Made by a program: the position numbers and the translations under genes. Under the pieces are notes generated by a model. The model worked only from the letters and a program-made list of their open reading frames with translations, did not search any database and had not been told where the DNA came from. From Alistipes sp. (GTDB lineage Bacteria > Bacteroidota > Bacteroidia > Bacteroidales > Rikenellaceae), in assembly GCA_045540675.1 (NCBI GenBank), contig JAZQHQ010000001.1, positions 1,401 through 65,400 of the forward strand: a stretch of DNA of 64,000 nucleotides, written 5' to 3'. Positions 46,865 to 57,990 of this stretch are shown piece by piece. Each line of letters starts with the position of its first letter. The stretch's first letter is position 1.

Positions 46865-48865
46865 ATGAAAAAAATCGTTTTTGTAACAATGGGAATTATT
46901 GCAATGGCACTTACCTCGTGTAAGGAGAAGGCTGAGCAGCCTTGGATTGTTGACCGCTTTGACGATGTCAAGATTATCCGCTACGAGGTGCCTGAGTTTG
47001 AGAATCAGTCGCTCAACGACAAACTCTTAATCTACTACTTGGCAGAGTCTGCGAAGTGTGGTCGTGATATCTTATTCGACCAGAACTTCAAGTACAACCT
47101 TACAATCCGCCGTGCGTTGGAGAAGATTTACACCTCGTACGATGGCAACAAGGAGTGTCCTGAGTTCAAGGCTATGGAGAAGTATTTGAAGAAGGTTTGG
47201 TTGGCTAACGGTATCCACCACCACTACTCGAATGACAAGTTCGCACCTGAGTTCTCGCGTGAGTGGTTCTCGGCACAGTGGGATAAGTACAGCGTTGAGT
47301 CGCCTGTCGAGAAGGAGGTTATCTTGGAGGCTATCTTCAACCCTGCACTCTATGCTACCCGCCTCAATCAGGCGAAGGGCGATGATGTAATCGCAACTTC
47401 GGCAGGCAACTACTACGAGGGCTTGACTCAGAAGGAGGTTGAGAAGTTCTACAACAAGATGATTAAGAAGGCAGGCAACGACCCACGCCCTATTTCGTAT
47501 GGTTTGAACTCGAAACTCGTAAAGAAGAACGGCAAAATCTACGAGCAGACCTACAAGATTGGCGGTATGTACACCGAGGCTTTGGAGCAGGTTGTATATT
47601 GGTTGGAGAAGGCACAAGAGGTTGCTGCCGAGCCTACCAAGAGCATCATCGCAAAGCTTATCAAGTACTACAAGTCGGGCGACTTGCGTGATTTTGACGA
47701 GTTCAATGTTGCTTGGGTACAGGACACCGAGTCGAATGTCGATTTCGTAAATGGTTTCACCGAGGTTTATGGTGACCCACTCGGATATAAGGCTTCGTGG
47801 GAGTCGGTGGTAAACTTCCGCGACAAGAAGGCTTGCGAGCGTACACAGATTATCTCGGACAATGCACAGTGGTTCGAGGACCACTCGCCAATCAACCCTG
47901 CATACCGCAAGAAGGAGGTTAAGGGAGTATCGGCAAAGGTTATCACCGTTGCAATGCTCGGTGGCGACTGCTATCCTACAACCCCTATCGGTATCAACCT
48001 TCCAAATGCCGATTGGATTCGTAAGGAGCATGGCTCGAAGTCGGTAACTATCGACAATATCACCTACGCATATAAGAAGGCTGCACAGGGTGGTGGCTTC
48101 GCAGAGGAGTTCGTACTTCGTGAGGAGGATCGCGCTCGTATGAAGGAGCATGGCAAACTCTCTGACGACCTTCACACCGACCTTCACGAGTGTCTTGGTC
48201 ACGGCTCGGGACAGTTGGCTCCGGGCACAACAGGCACAGAGTTGGGCGTCTATTCTTCGGCTCTCGAAGAGACTCGTGCCGACCTCTTTGCGCTCTATTA
48301 CCTCGGTGACGAGAAGATGATTGAGATAGGCTTGATTCCTTCGCTCGATGTTGCAAAGGCTCAATATGCTTCGTATGTGATGAATGGTGCAATGACACAA
48401 TTCTCGCGTATCGAGTTGGGTAAAGATGTTGAGCAGGCTCACATGCGTAACCGCAAACTTATCTCGGAGTGGGCAATCGACCTCGGCAAGGCAGAGAATG
48501 TTATCGAGTGGGTTATGAAAGATGGCAAGCGTTATCTTGTTGTAAACGATTTCGATAAGTTGCGCACAATATTCGGTGAGCAGTTGCGTGAGATTCAGCG
48601 CATCAAGTCGGAGGGTGACTTCGAGGCAGGTAAGGCGTTGATTGAGAAGTATGCAGTGAAGATTGACCAAGAGCTTCACAAGGAGGTACGCGAGCGTTAC
48701 TACGCTCTCAATATCGAGCCTTACGGAGGATTCGTAAACCCTGAATATGAGTTGGTTAAGGAGGGAGAGCAGATTGTGGATGTAAAGGTTTTGTACCCTG
48801 CAAACTACATCGAGCAGAATTTGCACTACTCGAAAGACTACTCGTTCCTTCCAAGTCTTAACTAA
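46865..48865 (+). CDS. Dipeptidyl peptidase III (M49) lipoprotein
   Basis: HECLGH hexapeptide motif, EETRAD; lipobox LTSC. Confidence 0.93.
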   Translation: MKKIVFVTMGIIAMALTSCKEKAEQPWIVDRFDDVKIIRYEVPEFENQSLNDKLLIYYLAESAKCGRDILFDQNFKYNLTIRRALEKIYTSYDGNKECPEFKAMEKYLKKVWLANGIHHHYSNDKFAPEFSREWFSAQWDKYSVESPVEKEVILEAIFNPALYATRLNQAKGDDVIATSAGNYYEGLTQKEVEKFYNKMIKKAGNDPRPISYGLNSKLVKKNGKIYEQTYKIGGMYTEALEQVVYWLEKAQEVAAEPTKSIIAKLIKYYKSGDLRDFDEFNVAWVQDTESNVDFVNGFTEVYGDPLGYKASWESVVNFRDKKACERTQIISDNAQWFEDHSPINPAYRKKEVKGVSAKVITVAMLGGDCYPTTPIGINLPNADWIRKEHGSKSVTIDNITYAYKKAAQGGGFAEEFVLREEDRARMKEHGKLSDDLHTDLHECLGHGSGQLAPGTTGTELGVYSSALEETRADLFALYYLGDEKMIEIGLIPSLDVAKAQYASYVMNGAMTQFSRIELGKDVEQAHMRNRKLISEWAIDLGKAENVIEWVMKDGKRYLVVNDFDKLRTIFGEQLREIQRIKSEGDFEAGKALIEKYAVKIDQELHKEVRERYYALNIEPYGGFVNPEYELVKEGEQIVDVKVLYPANYIEQNLHYSKDYSFLPSLN

Positions 48866-48880
48866 TTAAGGTTGGGAACA

Positions 48881-48919
48881 AACAATAAACGAGGGCTTTT
48901 ATGACCCTCGTTTATTGTT
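48881..48919. terminator. Bidirectional terminator
   Basis: aacaataaacgaggg...ccctcgtttattgtt inverted repeat. Confidence 0.8.
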
Positions 48920-48930
48920 TTAGTTTTATA

Positions 48931-50070
48931 TTAACAATACCTCGCAATATCTTCGGTAGTGATGGTCGTATCGCTCAATACCACCAATCGCTCTATAACA
49001 TTGCGCAGTTCGCGGATATTGCCACTCCAATGCTTCTGCGAAAGTTGTGCTACTGCCTCTGCCTCAATATCCTTTGTCGGGATATTATACTCTCGACAAA
49101 TACTCTCCAAAAAGTGCTTTACAAGTATCGCTACATCGCCTTTGCGCTCGCGCAAGGGTGGCACTTTTATCAGAATAACACCAATACGATGATAGAGATC
49201 TTCGCGGAAATTCCCGTTGCGAATCTCCTGCTTGATATCTTTGTTTGTGGCGGCAATAACGCGAACATCAACCTCAATATCGCGGTCACTACCCACGCGC
49301 GATATTTTGCGCTCTTGTAACGCTCGCAACACCTTCGCTTGTGCCGAGAGTGACATATCGCCAATCTCGTCCATAAAGAGTGTGCCCCCATCTGCCTGCT
49401 CGAACTTTCCTTTGCGTTGCTTTATGGCAGAGGTGAAAGCTCCGCGTTCGTGACCGAACAACTCGCTCTCGATAAGCTCCGAAGGTATAGCAGCGCAATT
49501 AACCTCCACAAAGGGAGCATCAGCGCGACTGCTTTTATGGTGCAGCCATTTTGCTACCAACTCCTTGCCTGTGCCGTTTTCGCCCGTAATCAACACTCGC
49601 GCTTCGCTTCGTGCCACCTTATCTACAAGTTCGCGTACCCTTACAATCGCTTCCGACTCTCCGACAATCGCCTCAATGATGGGGTGTTCGGAGGTGTTGC
49701 GGGGGTGAGGGTGTTTTGTTCGGGGTGCAGAGGAGCAATCGTGTTGAGGTGAGGATATAACTTTGCGAATAGATTTCAGCAGACGATTCATATCGATAGG
49801 CTTGGTCAAAAAATCGACTGCTCCGTGTCGTACAGCCTCAACTGCGGAGTCGATATCGTTGTTGCGCGAGAGTATTATAAAGGGTAGATTTGTTTCGGCA
49901 AGCCCCTCGGCAGTGTCGGTAAGGATAAGGTCGAAGGCGATATTCTCGCACATCTTTCGAGCGAGTGAAGCGCTCTCTGCACCTTCGGTCGAAAAACCCT
50001 CAAATTCCAATCTCTCGCGCAGATTATTGCGCACGCTTTTTGATTGTTCCAAAATTAAAACTTTTGCCAT
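48931..50070 (-). CDS. Sigma-54-dependent response regulator (NtrC/NtrX-like), no obvious C-terminal HTH
   Basis: Receiver domain, GENGTGKE, GAFTSA, LFMDEI, WSGNIREL. Confidence 0.9.
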   Translation of the reverse strand: MAKVLILEQSKSVRNNLRERLEFEGFSTEGAESASLARKMCENIAFDLILTDTAEGLAETNLPFIILSRNNDIDSAVEAVRHGAVDFLTKPIDMNRLLKSIRKVISSPQHDCSSAPRTKHPHPRNTSEHPIIEAIVGESEAIVRVRELVDKVARSEARVLITGENGTGKELVAKWLHHKSSRADAPFVEVNCAAIPSELIESELFGHERGAFTSAIKQRKGKFEQADGGTLFMDEIGDMSLSAQAKVLRALQERKISRVGSDRDIEVDVRVIAATNKDIKQEIRNGNFREDLYHRIGVILIKVPPLRERKGDVAILVKHFLESICREYNIPTKDIEAEAVAQLSQKHWSGNIRELRNVIERLVVLSDTTITTEDIARYC

Positions 50071-50281
50071 TTTGCTATTCTCTAAAAAATGTATATTTTT
50101 GCATTCGGATAGTGCATCAAAGGTAGGCTTTTCGCCCGATACAACCTAATGTTGTTGCGGGGGTGAGTCGGGTAGAGAGAGTTGCCCGTATATTCTATTG
50201 CCGAGAGCCGAATATATTGCAAATTGCGCCATTTGAGTTGCGCGCGCAGTACCATATTTTTGAATGTTTAATGTTCCCTAT

Positions 50282-50929
50282 ATGAATAAGAACTATAACT
50301 ATTTACGCCGCCGTTTGATGATACCGGAGTATGGTCGTCATATACAGGAGATGATAGACTCGTTGCTCGAAATCGAGGATAGAGAGGAGCGTACTCGTCA
50401 GGCAAAGGCGGTAATTGCCGTTATGGGAAATCTGAATCCGCTGTTGCGCGATACGGCAGATTTTACCCATAAATTGTGGGACCATCTCTTTATTATGTCG
50501 GACTTCCGCCTCGATGTGGATAGCCCTTATCCGTTGCCTACGCGCGAGGATTTGGAGGTTAAGCCCGAGCGATTGGAGTATCCGCAGAGCGATATTTCAC
50601 ACAAACACTACGGCAAAAATATAGTACGGATGTTAAATCGTTTGAAGTTCGAGGAGCTCTCCTCTGCGGAGCATGAACTCGCCAATGTGGTGTGCTATAT
50701 GCGAAATAAGAGTTCGGAGTATAATCAGGAGTTCCCGAATAACGAGGTGTTGCTAAATGATATAAAAGTTTTGTCCGAAGGTGGTATAGATTTGAATGAA
50801 GAGTGGCTCAAAAAGGTTGAAACGGAGCATAAAACAGCCTTTTCACACCAAAAAAACAATAAGCGACAGCAGCGCCCGCAGCAGAAAAATGGTCGCAAAA
50901 ACGGACAGCGACACAATAGCGCAAAATAG
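50282..50929 (+). CDS. DUF4290 family protein
   Basis: IPEYGRHIQEMID, HKLWDHL, HYGKNI. Confidence 0.85.
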   Translation: MNKNYNYLRRRLMIPEYGRHIQEMIDSLLEIEDREERTRQAKAVIAVMGNLNPLLRDTADFTHKLWDHLFIMSDFRLDVDSPYPLPTREDLEVKPERLEYPQSDISHKHYGKNIVRMLNRLKFEELSSAEHELANVVCYMRNKSSEYNQEFPNNEVLLNDIKVLSEGGIDLNEEWLKKVETEHKTAFSHQKNNKRQQRPQQKNGRKNGQRHNSAK

Positions 50930-50974
50930 GAGAGCGTTATTGGCGTATAGAGGAGAAATCGAAAGCCAAAGAGT

Positions 50975-52114
50975 ATGAAGAGACTATTTCTTAAAATATC
51001 GGTAGCGGTTATTGCAGTGGCAGTTTTTGTGGCGTGCCACAATAAGGATGTCGAGATTTCGGGACGATTTGTCGGTCTGAATTTCGATACGATATATCTC
51101 GAACAGACCACGGCTACGGGGCAGAGTGTCATCGATTCGGTGAAACTCGACAACGATGGCGGTTACCGATTTGTCGTGAAAGATGTTGAAAATACCCCTT
51201 CGCTCTACAATATCATCTACGGTGGCGACCGTATTCCGTTGTTGCTGTCGCGTGGCGAGAGAGTAGAGGTCGGAGCATTGGGTAGTGCGTTGGCCAACTA
51301 TACAGTTACAGGTTCGCCCGAATCGGAGATGTTGCGTAAGTTCAACAAGGAGTATATCGAGGGACAAATCGAGTTGAACAAAACGGCACAAAGTTACTAT
51401 TCGACAGATGACGATGCGCATAAGAAAGAGCTGGCACAACGCTACACCTCAGTCTATAATTCGATAAAACGCAAGCAGATATCTTTCATTATTGAGAACA
51501 AGGAGAGCCTCGCATCGGTTTATGCGCTCTATCAGCGACTCCCGGGAGAACAACATCTTTCGGGTCCGGATAGCGATTTGATATACTACCGTACCGTTTC
51601 GGATGCGGTATCGAAGCGATACCCGACCTCTCCGTTTCTTATCTCGTTAAGTAACGATATAGCCCGTATGGAGGCGCGTATATCGTTGTTGAACTCAATT
51701 GAGTTCCGCAATAGTCCCGAGTTGAAAGGAAAGGATATGTATGGCAACGAAGTGACACTGTCGTCACTTAATGGTAATGTTGTCTTGGTCGATTTCTGGT
51801 CGGCAGAGGCGGGAAACAGCAACGCTCTGAATGCTGAGTTGAAGGAGATATACGAAAAGTTCCATTCGGAGGGATTTTGCGTCTATCAGGTCTCGGCAGA
51901 CAAGTCGAAAGCAGCGTGGATTACGGCAGTGCAGGAGCAACGCCTTCCGTGGGTATCGGTATGTGATTTCCAAGGCGAAAACTCACCTATGTTGCGAGCA
52001 TACAATGTGCGCAAACTGCCATCGAACTTCCTCATCGATAGAGATGGAAATATCATAGCCAAGGATTTGTATAGCGATGCATTGGCAAAACGACTGACCG
52101 AAATTTTCAAGTAG
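50975..52114 (+). CDS. TlpA/redoxin-family lipoprotein with DUF4369-like N-terminus; CxxC motif degenerate
   Basis: Lipobox, VVLVDFWSAEAG in place of FWASWC, YNVRKLPSNFLID. Confidence 0.8.
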   Translation: MKRLFLKISVAVIAVAVFVACHNKDVEISGRFVGLNFDTIYLEQTTATGQSVIDSVKLDNDGGYRFVVKDVENTPSLYNIIYGGDRIPLLLSRGERVEVGALGSALANYTVTGSPESEMLRKFNKEYIEGQIELNKTAQSYYSTDDDAHKKELAQRYTSVYNSIKRKQISFIIENKESLASVYALYQRLPGEQHLSGPDSDLIYYRTVSDAVSKRYPTSPFLISLSNDIARMEARISLLNSIEFRNSPELKGKDMYGNEVTLSSLNGNVVLVDFWSAEAGNSNALNAELKEIYEKFHSEGFCVYQVSADKSKAAWITAVQEQRLPWVSVCDFQGENSPMLRAYNVRKLPSNFLIDRDGNIIAKDLYSDALAKRLTEIFK

Positions 52115-52128
52115 AAACAGATTGTAGT

Positions 52129-52854
52129 ATGCACTATTTCGTATCGGACATACATCTTGGTTCGGGCGATGCAGCCGAACAACGCCGAGTAGAACGCAAC
52201 TTCCTTAATTTTCTTACGAAGATAGAGGATAGTGCCGAAACCCTCTTTTTGGTAGGTGATATCTTCGACTTCTGGTTCGAGTATAAGAGGGTAGTACCGA
52301 AAGGTTTTGTGCGCGTGCTTGGTCGTTTGGCAGAGTTGAGCGATAGGGGTGTGCGTATCGTGATGCTTACGGGCAATCACGATATGTGGGTAGGCGACTA
52401 CTTGACGCAGGAGTGTGGTATTGAACTATACACTACACCTCAAACCTTCTCGCTTGCCGGTAAAACACTATTTGTGGCACATGGCGACAATATGAATATT
52501 CAGGGGCAGCCCGTTTTGCGAGCAATGAACAGAATGTTCCGTTCGCAGGGGTTGCGTAAGGTGGCTTCATGGCTTATACATCCCGATCACTTCCTGCGCT
52601 TCGGTAAGTGGTGGAGTGGTAAGTCGCGCAAGTCGCACGGAGGGGAGCAGAGTGCTTCGGTATTGAATCCGTTGATTGATTATGCCATCGAGTATGGCAA
52701 GAACCATAAGGTGGACTATTTTATCTTTGGCCATCTTCATTATGCTGCCGATATTGCAGGTGCGCAACGCATACTCTTTATGGGCGATTGGCACACCCGA
52801 CCAAACTATATTATCCTTGATGAACAAGGGAACATAGAGTTAGTTAAAAGTTGA
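52129..52854 (+). CDS. lpxH: UDP-2,3-diacylglucosamine diphosphatase
   Basis: SDIHLG, GDIFD, GNHD, HGD, GHLH metallophosphoesterase motifs. Confidence 0.85.
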   Translation: MHYFVSDIHLGSGDAAEQRRVERNFLNFLTKIEDSAETLFLVGDIFDFWFEYKRVVPKGFVRVLGRLAELSDRGVRIVMLTGNHDMWVGDYLTQECGIELYTTPQTFSLAGKTLFVAHGDNMNIQGQPVLRAMNRMFRSQGLRKVASWLIHPDHFLRFGKWWSGKSRKSHGGEQSASVLNPLIDYAIEYGKNHKVDYFIFGHLHYAADIAGAQRILFMGDWHTRPNYIILDEQGNIELVKS

Positions 52855-52998
52855 AAAAAATAGAAACTTTCAGCGCACCCTATTAAGCGAACAGAGTGAG
52901 CGCTCCCTAGTAAGGGCAGAACGCCCGCCCCAGTAACCCCCAGAAAGGTTGCGCCTTGACAAGCGACAGAGAACGGAAAACTTAAAAACAACAATTGT

Positions 52999-53898
52999 AT
53001 GAAACAATATCTCGATTTATTAACCCGAATTAAGACGGAGGGCATTGTAAAGAGCGACCGCACGGGAACAGGTACAAAGTCTGTTTTCGGACACCAGATG
53101 CGCTTTGACCTTTCGCAAGGATTTCCGCTTTTGACCACCAAGAAGGTCTTTTTGAAGGGAATTATCCACGAACTGTTGTGGTTCCTCAATGGCGATACCA
53201 ATATCAAATATCTCGTTGATAACGGCGTACATATCTGGGATAATGATGCCTATCGCTACTACAACGAGTTGTGCGTAAAGGAGGGTGTTTTGCCTGTTAC
53301 GATGGAGGAGTTTTTGCGTGCTGCACAAGAGGGCATCGACTCCCCGATTGAGGGCTACAAATTTGGCGATTTGAACCATGTTTACGGCTATCAGTGGCGC
53401 TCATGGCCACGCCCGAATGGCGAGGCTATCGACCAGATACAACAAGCGGTAGAGTTGATAAAGAATAATCCTGACTCGCGCCGTATTATTGTTTCGGCAT
53501 GGAATGTTGCCGATGTCGAGAAGATGGCTTTGCCACCGTGCCATACGCTTTTCCAATTCTATGTTGCCGATGGCAAGTTGTCGTGTATGCTCTACCAGCG
53601 CAGTGCCGATACATTCCTCGGCGTACCGTTCAATATCGCTTCGTATGCACTGCTTACGATGATGATGGCGCAGGTTTGTGGCTTGGAGGCTGGCGAGTTT
53701 GTTCACACCTTGGGCGATACTCATCTCTACCTTAATCACATGGAGCAGGTCGATGAGCAGTTGTCGCGTACTCCGCGAGCATTGCCTAAGATGCGTATCA
53801 ATCCCGATGTAAAGTCGATTTTCGACTTCAAGTATGAGGACTTTACGCTCGAAGGATATAATCCGCACCCTGTTATAAAGGCCCCAATGTCATTTTAA
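52999..53898 (+). CDS. thyA: Thymidylate synthase (long small-domain variant)
   Basis: DRTGTGT, LPPCH, YQRSAD..LGVPFN. Confidence 0.97.
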   Translation: MKQYLDLLTRIKTEGIVKSDRTGTGTKSVFGHQMRFDLSQGFPLLTTKKVFLKGIIHELLWFLNGDTNIKYLVDNGVHIWDNDAYRYYNELCVKEGVLPVTMEEFLRAAQEGIDSPIEGYKFGDLNHVYGYQWRSWPRPNGEAIDQIQQAVELIKNNPDSRRIIVSAWNVADVEKMALPPCHTLFQFYVADGKLSCMLYQRSADTFLGVPFNIASYALLTMMMAQVCGLEAGEFVHTLGDTHLYLNHMEQVDEQLSRTPRALPKMRINPDVKSIFDFKYEDFTLEGYNPHPVIKAPMSF

Positions 53899-53933
53899 TT
53901 CAAACAAAAAACCAATGGCTAAAAGCTAAATTT

Positions 53934-54413
53934 ATGGTTTCAATTATTGTAGCAATCGCCGAGAATGGCGTGATAGGCGATAAGAACGCCTTGCTTTGGA
54001 ATATCAAAGAGGATATGCGCCGTTTCCGTACCACAACTACGGGACACCCCGTAGTAATGGGGCGCAAGACCTTTGAGTCGATAGGTCGCCCACTGCCAAA
54101 GCGCACGAATGTAGTTATTACACGCAGAGATAGCACATTTGAGGGTTGCGAGGTGGCTCACTCGTTGGAGGAGGCAATTGCGATGTTCTCTGCCGAAGAG
54201 GAGGTGTTTATTATCGGCGGAGCGCAGATATATGCGCAGGCGTTACCGTTGGCAGATAAGTTGTATCTTACCATTGTGCATCGCGACTACGAAGGTGATA
54301 CCTCATTTCCCGAAATTGATTACTCCGAGTGGAGAGAGCTCTCTCGCGAGGATTTCGAGCATGGCGAGGAGTACGATGGAGCCTTCTCGTTTATAGATTT
54401 GGAGCGAAAGTAG
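53934..54413 (+). CDS. folA: Dihydrofolate reductase
   Basis: MGRKTFESI..PLPKR, IIGGAQIY, GDTSFP. Confidence 0.95.
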   Translation: MVSIIVAIAENGVIGDKNALLWNIKEDMRRFRTTTTGHPVVMGRKTFESIGRPLPKRTNVVITRRDSTFEGCEVAHSLEEAIAMFSAEEEVFIIGGAQIYAQALPLADKLYLTIVHRDYEGDTSFPEIDYSEWRELSREDFEHGEEYDGAFSFIDLERK

Positions 54414-54422
54414 ATATATTCG

Positions 54423-55436
54423 CTACAAGAAACCCTTCAATTCGTTGAGGGGTATTTTTTTGTCCTCCACCGAGCCGATAGCGGTCGGAAAGATAAGGTG
54501 TAAAGAGTCGCCATTGCGCTTCTTGTCGCCCTCAATCGCCTTTAACAAATCTTTATGCTCTACGGGCAACTCTGTGTCGAAGCCATATTTTTGCAGAATA
54601 GCCAAAATGCGCGAGGTATCCTCTTGCGAAATCATCTTATGCGACAATGCCGATTGGGTAATGTGGTGCAGTCCGATAGCAACAGCCTCACCATGCGAGA
54701 ATTTTGATGATGTCTTTTCGATAGCGTGAGCCAGCGTATGTCCGAGGTTGAGAATACGGCGGCGACCGCCCTCGCGCTCATCTTCGGCTACAACTCCTGC
54801 CTTGACGCGCACACAGCGATTGATAATATCTTCGAGTAATTTATTGTCGGTGCGAAGTTCCTCAAACGAAGATTTTTCTAAAATCTCAAACAACTCTTTG
54901 TCGCCTAAAACAGCAGTTTTAATAACCTCTGCCAAACCGGCGCGAAATTCGCGGTCTGGGAGCGAATTAAGAAGTGTAGCATCGCAAATCACAAATCGCG
55001 GTTGCGAGAATACTCCTACCATATTCTTAAAACCACCAACATTTACACCATTCTTTCCTCCTACCGAGGCATCTACCGCGCCGAGCAGGGTGGTGGTGAC
55101 AAAACCGAACTCCACACCCCGCATATAGGTCGATGCCACAAAACCTGCAATATCGGTTACAATACCGCCACCAATGCCGAGAATAAAGGTCGAACGGTCG
55201 GCTCCCATCTCGATAAGGTGTTTGTAGATATCCTCCAATGTAGCGAGGCTCTTCGCCTGTTCACCCTGTCCGATAAGGATATGCTCGTATGGTGTGATAA
55301 GGTCGTGGTGGGTGCGGTCGATATTGCTATCCGAGATAACTATCACGCGTTTTTTTGGCAAAATATCGCCTAACAACTCCTTTGCAGATGCCATATATAC
55401 ACAACTGCCCCCGGTAACCTCAATCTGCTTTGTCAT
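54423..55436 (-). CDS. aroB: 3-dehydroquinate synthase
   Basis: GGGIVTD, DASVGGKNG, LNLGHT, HGEAVA. Confidence 0.95.
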   Translation of the reverse strand: MTKQIEVTGGSCVYMASAKELLGDILPKKRVIVISDSNIDRTHHDLITPYEHILIGQGEQAKSLATLEDIYKHLIEMGADRSTFILGIGGGIVTDIAGFVASTYMRGVEFGFVTTTLLGAVDASVGGKNGVNVGGFKNMVGVFSQPRFVICDATLLNSLPDREFRAGLAEVIKTAVLGDKELFEILEKSSFEELRTDNKLLEDIINRCVRVKAGVVAEDEREGGRRRILNLGHTLAHAIEKTSSKFSHGEAVAIGLHHITQSALSHKMISQEDTSRILAILQKYGFDTELPVEHKDLLKAIEGDKKRNGDSLHLIFPTAIGSVEDKKIPLNELKGFL

Positions 55437-55528
55437 AAATTTCCTAACGATTAGTTCGACAAATTTAGTAATTTTCCGATTAAATTTAGTAATTTTGCGC
55501 GTTATTTGAGAAAAAACAGCAAAGCAAT

Positions 55529-57328
55529 ATGCAAAAATTACGCAATATAGCCATCATCGCCCATGTGGACCATGGAAAGACTACTTTGGTCGATAAGATG
55601 ATTTTGGCAGGCAATCTGCTCCGTGAGCCATCAAAGACGGGCGACCTCGTACTCGATAATAACGACTTGGAGCGTGAGCGAGGCATTACTATTTTGTCGA
55701 AAAATGTTTCGGTTGTATATAAGGATTACAAAATCAATATCATCGATACCCCGGGCCACGCCGACTTCGGTGGCGAGGTGGAGCGCGTGCTGAATATGTG
55801 CGATGGAGTGCTATTGTTGGTTGATGCCTTCGAGGGCACAATGCCACAGACTCGCTTTGTGTTACAGAAGGCACTCTCGCTTGGCAAGAAGCCTATTGTT
55901 GTAATCAACAAGGTCGATAAGCCGAATTGTCGCCCCGAGGTTGTGAATGAGCAGGTTTTCGACCTGATGTTCACTCTCGATGCAACAGAGGAACAACTCG
56001 ATTATAAAACCATCTACGGCTCGGCAAAGCAGGGGTGGATGTCGCACAAATGGAACGAAAAGACCGATAGTATTGTGCCACTGCTTGACGCTATTATTGA
56101 CGAAATTCCTGCGCCGGCAGTCAGCGAAGGTACTCCGCAGTTGTTGGTAACTTCGCTCGAATACTCTTCGTATATCGGTCGTATCGCTGTCGGAAAACTT
56201 ACCCGTGGAACGCTTGTAAATGGTCAGAATGTAACCCTCGCAAAGCGTGACGGCGTAACCAAAATCAAGACTAAAATTAAAGATTTGATGGTCTTTGATG
56301 GCTTGGGCAAGAAGAAGGTCGAGAAGGTGGAGTGTGGCGAGATTTGCGCCTTGGTGGGTATCGAAGGCTTTGAGATTGGCGATACAATCTGCGACTTCGA
56401 AAATCCTGAACCACTGCCACCAATCAAGATTGACGAGCCTACGATGTCGATGCTCTTCACGATTAACAACTCCCCATTCTTCGGTAAAGATGGTAAGTTC
56501 GTAACCTCGCGCCATATCAAGGAACGCCTTGACAGCGAGTTGGAGCGCAACTTGGCGTTGCGTGTCGAACCGGGACAGAATGCCGATTCGTTTATCGTCT
56601 ATGGTCGTGGCGTATTGCACCTCTCGGTGTTGGTAGAGACTATGCGCCGTGAGGGCTACGAGTTGCAGGTAGGTCAGCCAAAGGTTATTATCAAGGAGAT
56701 TGATGGCGTAAAGTGCGAGCCTGTCGAGGAGATGACTATCGACTGTCCTGATGAGGTTGCTGGTACGGTAATCGAGCTCACCACTCGTCGCAAGGGTACG
56801 CTTACAAATATGGAGTCGTCAAATGGTCGCACACGCCTCGAGTTCGATATTCCTTCGCGTGGTATTATCGGCTTGCGCTCGAATATGCTCACCGCTACTG
56901 CGGGCGAGGCTATTATGTCGCACCGCCTGCGTGCTTTTGAGCCATATATGGGCGATATAGATATGCGCACCAACGGCTCTATCATTGCATCAGAAACGGG
57001 TATGGCGTATGCCTATTCGATTGATAAACTGCAAGATAGAGGTCGCTTCTTTATCTCGCCAATGGAGGAGGTCTATATGGGACAGGTTATCGGCGAGCAT
57101 ACCCGCAGCAACGATATTACCGTAAATGTCTGCAAGGCGAAGCAACTTACCAATATGCGAGCTTCGGGCTCTGACGATAAGGCTGTGATTGTTCCGCCAA
57201 AAATCTTCTCGTTGGAGGAGGCGTTGGAGTATATCAAGGAGGACGAGTATGTTGAGGTGACTCCTCACTCGATGCGATTGCGCAAAATTCTTCTTAACGA
57301 AATTGATAGAAAAAGGGCGTCAAAATAA
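55529..57328 (+). CDS. typA: Translational GTPase TypA/BipA
   Basis: [43 protein letters not shown]. Confidence 0.97.
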   Translation: MQKLRNIAIIAHVDHGKTTLVDKMILAGNLLREPSKTGDLVLDNNDLERERGITILSKNVSVVYKDYKINIIDTPGHADFGGEVERVLNMCDGVLLLVDAFEGTMPQTRFVLQKALSLGKKPIVVINKVDKPNCRPEVVNEQVFDLMFTLDATEEQLDYKTIYGSAKQGWMSHKWNEKTDSIVPLLDAIIDEIPAPAVSEGTPQLLVTSLEYSSYIGRIAVGKLTRGTLVNGQNVTLAKRDGVTKIKTKIKDLMVFDGLGKKKVEKVECGEICALVGIEGFEIGDTICDFENPEPLPPIKIDEPTMSMLFTINNSPFFGKDGKFVTSRHIKERLDSELERNLALRVEPGQNADSFIVYGRGVLHLSVLVETMRREGYELQVGQPKVIIKEIDGVKCEPVEEMTIDCPDEVAGTVIELTTRRKGTLTNMESSNGRTRLEFDIPSRGIIGLRSNMLTATAGEAIMSHRLRAFEPYMGDIDMRTNGSIIASETGMAYAYSIDKLQDRGRFFISPMEEVYMGQVIGEHTRSNDITVNVCKAKQLTNMRASGSDDKAVIVPPKIFSLEEALEYIKEDEYVEVTPHSMRLRKILLNEIDRKRASK

Positions 57329-57344
57329 AAAATCGTTTTCGTGT

Positions 57345-57911
57345 ATGAAGTTGCTTAAAGAGCGTATTTTGAAAGAGGGAAAGTGTTTTCCCGGGGGAAT
57401 TTTGAAGGTTGATAACTTTATTAACCATCAGATGGACCCTATGCTTATGCGCGAAATGTCAAAAGAGCTTGCAAGACGATTTGCAGAGCATAAAATTAAC
57501 AAGGTGATGACCATCGAGGCGAGTGGTATCGCTCCGGCTATTATGGTTGGCGACTATCTGAATGTGCCTGTGCTATTTGCAAAGAAGAAGGTGCCAAGCA
57601 CAATGGAGAATATGTTGGTAACCGAGGTGTTCTCTTTTACGAAGAATCGCTCTTATTCGGTCTGTGTAAGTAGCGACTATCTGACCAAAGATGATAGGGT
57701 GTTATTTATTGATGATTTCCTTGCAAATGGCAATGCCGCTTTGGGTATTATCGACTTGGTTGAGCAGGCAGGTGCCAAATTAGAGGGCATGGGATTCCTT
57801 ATCGAGAAGGGCTTTCAGAGTGGAGGCGAAGAGTTGCGAGGCAGAGGCATACATGTCGAATCCCTTGCCATTATAGAGAGTTTGGACAACTGTACAATAG
57901 TGTTAAAATAG
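57345..57911 (+). CDS. xpt: Xanthine phosphoribosyltransferase
   Basis: [27 protein letters not shown]. Confidence 0.93.
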   Translation: MKLLKERILKEGKCFPGGILKVDNFINHQMDPMLMREMSKELARRFAEHKINKVMTIEASGIAPAIMVGDYLNVPVLFAKKKVPSTMENMLVTEVFSFTKNRSYSVCVSSDYLTKDDRVLFIDDFLANGNAALGIIDLVEQAGAKLEGMGFLIEKGFQSGGEELRGRGIHVESLAIIESLDNCTIVLK

Positions 57912-57940
57912 TGGCATAAATCTGCCCAAATAGCAAAATG

Positions 57941-57972
57941 CCCCGAAAAACTCATTTTTCGGGGCATTTTTG
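57941..57972. terminator. Bidirectional terminator between xpt and rpiB
   Basis: aaaatgccccgaaaaa...tttttcggggcatttt. Confidence 0.85.
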
Positions 57973-57990
57973 TTGGTCAGCTTATCGGAG

